DNA from: Clostridia bacterium
GTDB lineage: Bacteria; Bacillota; Clostridia; Oscillospirales; CAG-272
Reading direction: 5' to 3'
Assembly (NCBI GenBank): GCA_017938885.1
Contig: JAGBAS010000093.1
Location: 3,190 to 67,189, forward strand
DNA: 64,000 nucleotides
The first letter of the stretch is position 1. Every line of letters starts with the position of its first letter. The translations under genes were made by a program, and so were the position numbers. This document shows, one piece after another, positions 1-8,073 of the stretch. A model generated the notes under the pieces. The model saw only the letters and a list, made by a program, of their open reading frames with translations, searched no databases and had not been told where the DNA came from.

Positions 1-1250
1 CGACCAGAGGTGAGGTGACTTGACCAAACGGGACGTATCCAGCACTGCGGTCTCCCCCGATGCGAGAGCCTCGGACATGGAGGCCGTCAGGGGATCGTCG
101 GCGAAGAGGTCCTTCCCCGTGTGATCCAGCAGGGCCACGTCCACCCAAAAATCGGCGGGGATCTCGCCCGTGGTCTTGTTCAGAAGATCCACCGAGACGG
201 ACAGGGTGGCGTCGGTGTAGGTCTTGTCCAGATCGGTTTTGACGGTGTAGTCGTACAGCTGGACGCAGGGGGTGGAGTACAGCCAGACGTCACGGAAGAT
301 GCCCGCCAGACGGAGCATATCCTGGTTCTCGAAGTAACTGCCGTCGCACCAGCGCAGGACCATGACGGCCAGGAGATTTTCAGAGCCGTCCTTGTTGAGG
401 TAGGGGGTCAGATCGAACTCGGCCAGGTCGTAGCTGCTCTCGGCGTAGCCCACCTCGTAGCCGTTGACCCATACGTAGTAGCAGCTTTCCACGCCGCCGA
501 AGGCGATGTAGACCGAGCGGTCCGACTCCAACCACCGCTCATCCACCGTAAAGGAGGTGCGGTAGAAGCCCACGGGGTTGAGGGCCGTGGGGGCCTCGGG
601 GGTCTTCTCCTTGTTCTCGTCAAAGGAATGCCAGGGATAGATGGTATTGGAATAGATGGGGAAATCAAAGCCCTGGGTCTGCCAGGAGGCGGGCAGGGTC
701 ACCTCCTTGAAGCCGCCGTAGTAGGCCTTCTTCTCGGTGCCCACGGTGTTATCTCCTGTATACTTTGGTGCGCTTGCCATATCGTAATCGGGCTTATGGA
801 AGGCTCCGTATACGCCCGCCGATTTAGCCTTGTCCAGATTCTTATAGACCGCCAGTTGCCAGGGCTTCCCTTCCCCGGTCAGGAGTTGATAATAATTGGA
901 TTTTGCGTAGTCATAGTTCACAGCCCCCAGTCTCGCGGCCTCTGCGGATTGGTAGAACAGGGTCTCAGAGGAATGGGGGGCCATGCGGTTGGCACAGAAC
1001 ACCTCGGTCTGCCGCACGTTGGTCCCGTCAATGGAGGGAGACAGGGTCCCCGTCCACTCGTTCCCCGTAAAGATTTTGTCCCCTGCCTGATGGGCGGTGG
1101 TGACAGTATAGGGCAGGGCTACCGTTTGGTCGAGCAGCTCCGGAGGCTCTGTATCGGCTTCTGTCTGGGTGTCGGTGATCTCGGTTCTCCCGTCTGTCGC
1201 GGCATCAGTCGTCTCCTGGGGATTCACACCGGGACGGCATCCCGCTAACA
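1..1250 (-). CDS. Glycoside hydrolase family 2 (beta-galactosidase-like), N-terminal part; the 3' end lies beyond the left window edge
   Basis: My own minus-strand translation gives IYPWHSFDENKEKTPEAPTALNPVGFYRTSFTV...VYIAFGGVESCYYVWVNGYEVGYAESSYDLAEFDLTPYL...LLAVMVLRWCDGSYFENQDMLRLAGIFRDVWLYSTP, a typical GH2 sugar-binding-domain signature. It is missing from the ORF track because it runs off the edge. The first in-frame ATG is at 1250. A lipoprotein signal with a GGAG RBS starts at 1296 but is one base out of frame. Confidence 0.8.
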
Positions 1251-1377
1251 TCAGAATCGCCAGCAGGAGAACTCCTATCGTTATACGCTTTTTCATGCTT
1301 TGATTCTTCCTTTCTCCTATCCACGGAGTCCCTACATACATAGTAGGGACCCCGTTTGAATTGCGTCAAGGGAGGCT

Positions 1378-2193
1378 TTACTCGCCGTCCCTCTCCTTAC
1401 TCTTTCTCATAGCAAGGCAGGCTGCAATCACCGTGAGCAGTCCTACGACACGAACACCAAGAACCGAACCACAGCCCTTCTTCTCGCCCACGTTCGGGAC
1501 GGTGTCGCTCTCCTCCACGGAGGTATCCTCGGCAGGTGCGCTTGTGTCGGCAGGAACCGTCACCGCTTCGGTTTCGGTCGTTTCGTCCCAGGGAGTATCT
1601 GTGCCAGGGTCATCCGCACCGGGGACTCCTACCAAGATTTCGGGAGTAGGCGTTCCCTCACCGTCGGTGTAGATCACCACATCAGTGATCTTGGTCACGG
1701 AGTAGGTCTCACCCTGAATGGGGTTGGTCATGGTCTCATAAGAGGCGTTACTGACATTCTGCGGGTTGAGCAACAGTACCTTGACGTAGCGGTAGGTGCC
1801 CGCAAGTGGCTCGTTTCCACTTCCGGGATACGCAGCCTTACGGATTGAAGTATCCGTTATGACAGTCCAATGGATACCATCGTTAGAGCCCGACACACGG
1901 AAGTGTGGAATAACGGTCCCCTTGAGGGGCGAGATGGTGATGTAGGTCAGTTTGTGTGCCGCTCCTAAATCAAAGACGAAGGTCTGATAGACGGTGAAGC
2001 CCTTGGCCACGCGGTCGTTCACCATATGCTCGAACTGACTGCCGCAATCGCAACCGGGATAGTTGCAAATCGTGGTGGAGACATTGGAGAACGCCTGCCA
2101 GTTGGTGTCACCCAGCCAGAAGAAGGGGGTACCGTCGGCGTGCTTATAGTATCGCTCGCCCTTCTCTACAGTAAAAAAGCCGTGTTGGGACAC
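1378..2193 (-). CDS. Mosaic surface-protein remnant: short GH140/DUF4038-like N-terminal stub, F5/8 type C (discoidin)-like module, acidic T/E/P linker, C-terminal GCGS-TM-basic anchor
   Basis: GFFTVEKGERYYKHADGTPFFWLGDTNWQAF...RVAKGFTVYQT resembles the start of DUF4038 enzymes. It switches abruptly to a discoidin-like segment (HFRVSGSNDGIHWTVITD...TYRYVKVLLL). The ORF has a GTG start, no signal peptide and no spaced RBS, with a stop 10 codons upstream. The C-terminus is KKGCGSVLGVRVVGLLTVIAACLAMRKSKE. Confidence 0.5.
   Translation of the reverse strand: MSQHGFFTVEKGERYYKHADGTPFFWLGDTNWQAFSNVSTTICNYPGCDCGSQFEHMVNDRVAKGFTVYQTFVFDLGAAHKLTYITISPLKGTVIPHFRVSGSNDGIHWTVITDTSIRKAAYPGSGNEPLAGTYRYVKVLLLNPQNVSNASYETMTNPIQGETYSVTKITDVVIYTDGEGTPTPEILVGVPGADDPGTDTPWDETTETEAVTVPADTSAPAEDTSVEESDTVPNVGEKKGCGSVLGVRVVGLLTVIAACLAMRKSKERDGE
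1715..1759. repeat. 45-bp direct repeat, copy 1 (partner at 61156-61200, 44/45 identical)
   Basis: tgaatggggttggtcatGgtctcataagaggcgttactgacattc here, against the same string with A at the capitalised position at 61156-61200. Both copies are on the same strand. Confidence 0.9.
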
Positions 2194-2223
2194 CTCCGTG
2201 GTCTTTGGATCAGGAGATACTCA

Positions 2224-2660
2224 AACAGATTTTTACAGCAGGGCTCGTACTCCTCCCGTTCCTCTCTGGATTCACGGTAAATGCTGGATAACACGTCTCC
2301 AAAACCCGGGTTCAGCCCGCCTTTATAGTAAGGCGTATTCAAGAGGACCGATACGAGAGATCTTTCCTGCGCCGAATCCAGAAAAAAGCCTTACACGTAT
2401 CCGCTGCTTTTTGCCACAATACTCTCTTCGTACCACGCATCGGGACCGATCAGCAGCCATTCCCCAGCGGATACCGGGATCGCTCCACCAAAGTTCATGG
2501 TGTAGGACGTGGTTCCTTCGGTTATGTAATGAAACTCGTAGTATGAATGGACGTGATTATCCGTAAATAACTTATTCGAATGATAGATCAAGTGGATAAA
2601 AACAATTTGCGCGTCGGATATGCTGATCGTTTGTTCGGCCTCATAAGCGAATGCTCCCAT
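2224..2660 (-). pseudogene. AraC-family regulator remnant (cupin sensor domain only; in-frame TAA; no HTH domain)
   Basis: MGAFAYEAEQTISISDAQIVFIHLIYHSNKLFTDNHVHSYYEFHYITEGT... is an AraC-type cupin with a GGAAGGA RBS. The frame continues for about 55 codons past an in-frame TAA at 2391-2393, then ends at 2221-2223. No helix-turn-helix follows. Confidence 0.55.
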
Positions 2661-2691
2661 AAACAATTCCTTCCGATCAGTTTGTATATCT

Positions 2692-2720
2692 ATTATAGCA
2701 CAAAAGCCGCAGGAATGCAA
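2692..2720 (-). promoter_or_regulatory. Sigma-70-type promoter for the AraC remnant
   Basis: The minus strand reads TTGCAT-N17-TATAAT with a TGc extended -10, about 30 nt upstream of the ATG at 2660. Confidence 0.5.
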
Positions 2721-3011
2721 CCGTTTTCTGTTTCTTTTGACGGTCGCTCATAAACTTGTAAGGGTTGTCAGCGTTGGTACTGCTATGGGCGATCAGACCG
2801 TGCCTGGCCGTATGCACGCGGAGGTCTGTTTTTCTTTCACGTGGTATCTGGCAGGGCTTCCCCGATAAATACCGTAAACGGCACTGCGCACGGCGAACGC
2901 GATCCTTGACAGGGTCGGGGCGGAGCGGTCCGAATCGGGCAGTAGGAAAGTTGAATTATGAGGAGATAACCTTGTAGTATTTCGACTACGGGGGAAGATA
3001 GTCAACGCAGG

Positions 3012-3132
3012 AGAAAAAGGACCCGAACCGAACAGCAATGTGTTCGATTCAGGTCCTTTTTATGGCGGAGATGGAGGAACGCCGGTCATGTACACGACGG
3101 CTTTTTCTCCCTTAGAGAGCTATATTATAGCA
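3012..3132 (-). repeat. Hairpin+GGCGGAG module, subtype 1, degenerate copy (a)
   Basis: A 16-bp stem (ggacccgaaccgaaca / tgttcgattcaggtcc) is flanked by A- and T-runs. It is followed by tggcggagatggaggaacgccggtcatgtacacgac. A TGcTATAAT box lies on the minus strand at 3124-3132, but there is no -35. The module sits just downstream of the stop of 3152-4570. Confidence 0.6.
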
Positions 3133-3151
3133 TATGGACAGATGCCATAGG

Positions 3152-4570
3152 TTACTGAATCTCGAATTCGATGGCCACAGGATCATCGTAGCCACCGGTG
3201 GGATACCAAAGAATCTTATACTTGCCGGGGACAAAAGAGTACGCGCTTCCCGTGGTATAAACAACGTCTCGCAGATCAAATTCCTCGTCTACAGGGATAT
3301 TCCCTTCACCCACGTAGCACCAGCCATAACCGGCGTAAGCACCGTTCTGCTCAACGTGAAGCTCCAACCATGCCTGGGTGCCGGCGGCTGCCTTCGCGAT
3401 AATCGTCTCGTCGGAAGCAAAGACTGTTTTGTTGAGGGTAAACTGTCCTTCAACGCCGACGATTCCGGCCTCGGGCTCAGGGGTCTCGCCCCCTTCATCC
3501 TCAACGACCGTAAACGTGATCCATACATCGTCCAGCGAGGTGCCGGTTTTGTTAACTACAACGGTATACTCACCGGGAACAATGGCGAAGGTGCCTTGCA
3601 CGACCTGCGTGAGGTCACCGCTGGAATTGGGTCTGGGCAATACGTTCTTGTTCAAGCCGTAAGAGGCATTGCTGCCATCCACCAGGCACCACGCCCAACC
3701 GCCGCCTTGGGGGGCAGTGGGATGCTTGATGTTGAACTGAGCGCCGGCGGGCAGATCGCCAAAGGTGACCATGATCGGCTCGCCGACAACGTATTCTTTT
3801 TTGTCAATGTGGAAAAGCTCGACACCGTTGTAGGTAGGAGCATCAGGCTCGTCATCACCCCCATCATCTTCGCCGCCTTGGGCCTCAACGACCGTAAACG
3901 TGATCCATACATCGTCCAGCGCAGTACCCGTGTGGTTCACTACGATCGTATACTCACCGGGAACAATGGCGAAGGTGCCTTGCACGACCCGAGTGAGGTC
4001 ACCGCTGGCATTGGGTCTGGGCAAAGCATTCTTGTTCAAGCCGTAAGATGCATTGCTGCCATCCACCAGGCACCAGGCCCAACCACCGCCTTGGGGGGCA
4101 GTGGGATGCTTAATGTTGAACTGAGCGCCGACGGGCAGATCGCCAAAGGTGACCATGATCGGTTCACCAACCTCATATTCGGTTTTGTCAATGTGAAAGA
4201 GCTCGACACCGTTGTAGGCAGGAACATCGGGCTCAGGCTCGACGGGATCGGTCTCGGATGCATCGGTATTGACCTCCTCGGTGGTAACCTCCTCGGTGGT
4301 AACCTTTTCGGTGGTAACCTCCTCGGTGGCAACCTCCTCGGTGGCAACCTCCTCTGTGGTCGTTTCCTCGGTCGCGTTATCGTCGGTTGCAGCCTCTGCG
4401 GTAGGCTCCTCCGTAGGCTCCTCAAAAGACGTTTCAGACGAAGCCTCGGTAGGATTTCCGGCACCTGTACTGTCTGCGGTAGTATCAGAACCGACAGGAT
4501 CCTCTGTACACGCTGCGACAGTCAAAGCCACCGCCAGTGCCAAAAGAGTGACTATAAGCAGTTTTTTCAT
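3152..4570 (-). CDS. Lipoprotein of unknown function with a TEEV-type linker and three tandem copies of an uncharacterised beta-rich domain of about 110 aa
   Basis: Lipobox MKKLLIVTLLALAVALTVAAC. There are two near-identical units (YNGVELFHIDK.EY.VGEPIMVTFGDLP.GAQFNIKHPTAPQGGGWAWCLVDGSNASYGLNKN...) and a diverged third unit at the C-terminus. Confidence 0.8.
   Translation of the reverse strand: MKKLLIVTLLALAVALTVAACTEDPVGSDTTADSTGAGNPTEASSETSFEEPTEEPTAEAATDDNATEETTTEEVATEEVATEEVTTEKVTTEEVTTEEVNTDASETDPVEPEPDVPAYNGVELFHIDKTEYEVGEPIMVTFGDLPVGAQFNIKHPTAPQGGGWAWCLVDGSNASYGLNKNALPRPNASGDLTRVVQGTFAIVPGEYTIVVNHTGTALDDVWITFTVVEAQGGEDDGGDDEPDAPTYNGVELFHIDKKEYVVGEPIMVTFGDLPAGAQFNIKHPTAPQGGGWAWCLVDGSNASYGLNKNVLPRPNSSGDLTQVVQGTFAIVPGEYTVVVNKTGTSLDDVWITFTVVEDEGGETPEPEAGIVGVEGQFTLNKTVFASDETIIAKAAAGTQAWLELHVEQNGAYAGYGWCYVGEGNIPVDEEFDLRDVVYTTGSAYSFVPGKYKILWYPTGGYDDPVAIEFEIQ
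3490..4234. repeat. Tandem in-frame duplication inside the lipoprotein gene, period 384 bp
   Basis: accgtaaacgtgatccatacatcgtccagcg occurs at 3507 and again at 3891. The flanking DNA is near-identical by eye over more than 330 bp. Confidence 0.8.
4272..4361. repeat. Coding 15-bp tandem repeat x6 (T-E-E-V-T/A linker)
   Basis: The unit acctcctcggtggta is repeated six times with small variations. Confidence 0.9.
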
Positions 4571-4670
4571 GATTTTTCCTTTCTGTTTTTCTTTTTATAT
4601 CTCACGATCTCTATAACTCAGCAGAATTGGTATCAACGACATTCAATCGAAAAGGATTTTTCGGGACATA

Positions 4671-7600
4671 TCACTCGGTCAGCACGATCTGATCCCCGTC
4701 ATACGTATACCCGAGCTGATACAGCTCAACGTAGTCAATCTTGAAGCTGTTGGCACGCTCAAAGATGGCGCAGTTGCCTTCTACCGGCACAAGAGCGGTA
4801 TGGCCCTCGGTTGTCAGCACGACATTGCCCTCTGCATTCAAAATCTCGGCGTAGCGGTAGGTCTCTGCCTTCCAGCTTTGGACATCATCACGGCCTATGT
4901 CAGAAAGCTTGACGGTAGCAACCAATTCGCCCTCGACATAGATGATAACGGTATCGCCCTTGTCCTCATAGCGGACAGTTGCACCCTCGTCAAAGGACAC
5001 GCTTTCGGGCAGGGTGAAGGTATAGCCTATGGAGGTAGCCTTCCGTATGCGAGATGTATCCTTCACATGGATAGCAACCTCCAGCGAGTTGCCATAGGGA
5101 TAGAGGAAAATGCCGCTGACACCCAAGTAGGAGGAGGTGTCAAGGTCGCCGTTATCGGGCTCGTACATGGCGGCTTCTGTGTTGTTCAGCTCAACAGGGA
5201 TACGCAGACCGATGGCTGTGCGGTATGCATAACCGGTATTCGCATAACCGCCCGTAATCAAGTGAGTCTCGAAGGCATAGTAACGCAACTCGTTGAGGTA
5301 GCGAATACAACGACCCTTGCTCCACGTACCGCAGATCCAGCCATCCTCCATGGTGAGGTACTCAAGGACCTCTAACCCTAAAGCCTTATCCACATCGGAT
5401 ATGGTGCCGTCAAAGTCTTCACGAAGGATCAAACCCTCCTTCACAGGCTTCTTCCCGGTGTCAATGCAGACCAAGGTCCACTCGCCTTTCAAAGACAGGT
5501 GCGGATCTCCGCCCTTGACCTCGGCATATTCCACACGGATGGCGTGGTAGCCCTCGCTGAGGAGGATGCTTCCCTTGGCGGTTTTGATACCGCTCTTTGC
5601 CTCGGGGTCATAGGTGCCATCGACAACCAGACGTCCGTCGATGAAGAGCTTGGCACCATCGTCATAAGAAAGCGCAAACTCATAGCTCTTAGCCTCGGAA
5701 ACCTGTACGTAGCCTTCGTAGAGCAAGCCTATGTTGGCGGTGTATGGCAATCCCTCGGCGGTCAGGGTCTCCACCGCTTGACTGCCCTCACGGAGACCCT
5801 CGATCAAACGGAAATCGGGCTGGGCGGGGTAATTCTTCACCAGCGGATAGTAGGAAACGATCAGACCCGCCTGCAAGAGTGCCTTGTCCTCGTCCGAAAT
5901 GGTCACGGCGGGCATACCATCAATCACGTTGCCATCGCGGGCAGGAAGGATGGTCTCACCCTTACCCGTGTACCGGATAGCCTGCTCGTAGGCATAGTTA
6001 TTGCGGCGTTCGGGGGCGCTGTCGCCCGTGGTGAACCAGGATTCCAGATCATACACGTCGGTGACGTTGTCCATCCAGTGGAAGTTGACGGTAACACTCT
6101 CCCCTGTCAGACCTAGAAGAGAGCGGGGAATGGTCACGGTGAGCTTGTTGCCCGATGCGGCATACGCCACCGTACCGATCTCCTGCCACACGCCGTCCTT
6201 GTAGGCGCAGAGGGTGGTGACGGTGTCGGATACCACCTCGTAGTTGACAAGGTAGTCGTAGCCCTCCCAGCCCGTGGTCTTGTCGGCGTCGGCATCGATG
6301 AAGAGCAGCATCCAGCTCTTGCTATCCTTGTAGGCGGTCATCTCTTTCGCGGTGCGGACGTAGAAATAGATGCTTCCGCCGTCGGCGGTGATGCGGGATT
6401 CCACGATGTCGTTGCGCCCCGTAGTATTGACGTACTGAATGCGTCCCGTGGTGTCGGAGTGGTCGCGGTGGGTCGTGTCGTTTTCAAAGTCGGTGTAGAC
6501 GGGGGAGATCTTTTCCCAGCTCTCAAAGACAGCGGGATCGGTCTCAGCCATGGTGTGGGCACTCGATGTGCCGTCGGCGGGAAGAACGCCCTTGAAGCGG
6601 CGGATGATGGCGCACATCTGGTAGAAGTAGTTGTCGGTAAATCCGCCCTTCATGGGCTCAATGTCGCGGGAGAACTCGGGGTTGAACTGATCCACAAATC
6701 CCGTATCGGTACCCTTGTCATCGGGGTGGGTGAAATTCTGGGCCACCCATTCGTTCCAACGGGAAATGAGCAGGACCGGGCACTCGGGATACATATCCAT
6801 GAGCATATCAAAGCTCTTTTGAAAACGAATGCCCTGGCCCATGGTATCGGTTTCCAGAAAAGCATTCAGATACTTCTGAGCCGACAGGGCCTCGCTTCGA
6901 CCCTGCCCGTAGTTTGCAAAGCCCGCCGTGCTGATACCGGCACACTCCGTAACTCGCTTTCCATCCTGTCGTACAACGCCAACGTTGGGAGCGTGGGGCT
7001 CAAATCCGTTATCGACCCAGTAATTTTCCCATCTTCCGTTCACGACCCACGACTTGCGGAAGGTGAGCTTATCCTTGTAGTATTCGTCCTCCAGAATCGG
7101 AAATGAGTTGTACGGGGCTCCGCCCACGGGCTTAATGAGTGCCAGAGGCTTCCCCTCCCAGTAAAACCACATATCCTTGTACTTCTCATCGGCCATGAAA
7201 AGCTCATAGAATTTTCCGATATCGCCGTTCCCTTCAACAGCAGAGCCATAGCACCACGGCACCACATAGGGGGTCATAAGACCCTCGGCACGCATTTCCA
7301 GAGAAGTTTCCAGAAAGACCTTCATGGCATCCTCGTAGAGATACCCGTTGGTCATGTCGAAGTAGAGGAAATCCACGCCCGCCATGGCGAAGTAATACAG
7401 ATCGCGGCGGATCTGCCAAACGTCATCGGCGCGATGGTAGCCGGTTTCAGGCTCTGACCACCAACAGAACTGCCAGCGAGGGCTGTAATCGGGGTTGAAT
7501 GGATTTTCGGCCAATGACTTGGAGTTATCATACTGACAGCCCCCCGCTGCTGTCCAAAGGGTGTAGAACAGACCGACGTACTTCCCTTCCTTGGGGAGCC

Positions 7601-7937
7601 CCGCTTCTTCAGAGGTAGGCAGGACACGGCCCAGAGCATCAGTAGCGGTTTCGTTGTAGTTCCGGATAATGATCTGGGGGGAGCGTCCCTTCTCGGTCAA
7701 CACCTGACCCTCGGGGGAGGCGGGAGTAAAAGTCAAAAGATCCAAGCTCACACTCGGGGGTGTGGGATCCACCATATCCGTCTCTGTTTCGGGCGGATTC
7801 GTCTCGGAAGTGTCCGTCCCGGATGCCGTACCGGCGTCGGTATCCTCGGGAGGGCGATGGTTCGTACACGCCGTAGCCAGTAGCATCATGCCCGCCAACA
7901 AAACGGCTAAACATCTTTTTACAATACTATCTTTCAT
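4671..7937 (-). CDS. Secreted lipoprotein: family-unassigned TIM-barrel glycosidase-like domain (paralog of 20987-24460) plus a PA14 domain
   Basis: The start is reassigned to MKDSIVKRCLAVLLAGMMLLATAC (lipobox; GGAG 9 nt upstream). Motifs shared with 20987-24460 are EGKYVG.FY..W, FD.TNG, WFYWE.KPL, WNEW, SRDIEP and TGRND.VESR. PA14-like segment: SYYPL...YEFALSYDDGAKLFIDGRLVVDG...GYHAIRVEYAE. Confidence 0.8.
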   Translation of the reverse strand: MKDSIVKRCLAVLLAGMMLLATACTNHRPPEDTDAGTASGTDTSETNPPETETDMVDPTPPSVSLDLLTFTPASPEGQVLTEKGRSPQIIIRNYNETATDALGRVLPTSEEAGLPKEGKYVGLFYTLWTAAGGCQYDNSKSLAENPFNPDYSPRWQFCWWSEPETGYHRADDVWQIRRDLYYFAMAGVDFLYFDMTNGYLYEDAMKVFLETSLEMRAEGLMTPYVVPWCYGSAVEGNGDIGKFYELFMADEKYKDMWFYWEGKPLALIKPVGGAPYNSFPILEDEYYKDKLTFRKSWVVNGRWENYWVDNGFEPHAPNVGVVRQDGKRVTECAGISTAGFANYGQGRSEALSAQKYLNAFLETDTMGQGIRFQKSFDMLMDMYPECPVLLISRWNEWVAQNFTHPDDKGTDTGFVDQFNPEFSRDIEPMKGGFTDNYFYQMCAIIRRFKGVLPADGTSSAHTMAETDPAVFESWEKISPVYTDFENDTTHRDHSDTTGRIQYVNTTGRNDIVESRITADGGSIYFYVRTAKEMTAYKDSKSWMLLFIDADADKTTGWEGYDYLVNYEVVSDTVTTLCAYKDGVWQEIGTVAYAASGNKLTVTIPRSLLGLTGESVTVNFHWMDNVTDVYDLESWFTTGDSAPERRNNYAYEQAIRYTGKGETILPARDGNVIDGMPAVTISDEDKALLQAGLIVSYYPLVKNYPAQPDFRLIEGLREGSQAVETLTAEGLPYTANIGLLYEGYVQVSEAKSYEFALSYDDGAKLFIDGRLVVDGTYDPEAKSGIKTAKGSILLSEGYHAIRVEYAEVKGGDPHLSLKGEWTLVCIDTGKKPVKEGLILREDFDGTISDVDKALGLEVLEYLTMEDGWICGTWSKGRCIRYLNELRYYAFETHLITGGYANTGYAYRTAIGLRIPVELNNTEAAMYEPDNGDLDTSSYLGVSGIFLYPYGNSLEVAIHVKDTSRIRKATSIGYTFTLPESVSFDEGATVRYEDKGDTVIIYVEGELVATVKLSDIGRDDVQSWKAETYRYAEILNAEGNVVLTTEGHTALVPVEGNCAIFERANSFKIDYVELYQLGYTYDGDQIVLTE

Positions 7938-8073
7938 CCTGTGCTTCTCCTTTTTTGATATGTGCTTTATATGGACATCCTTCCTTGATCGACGTTCATA
8001 TACAGGCATCCGTAATGGATATATTCACATCCGATTTGGGCTTGCGAAATATCGGGAGACCATAAAGCTTTCT

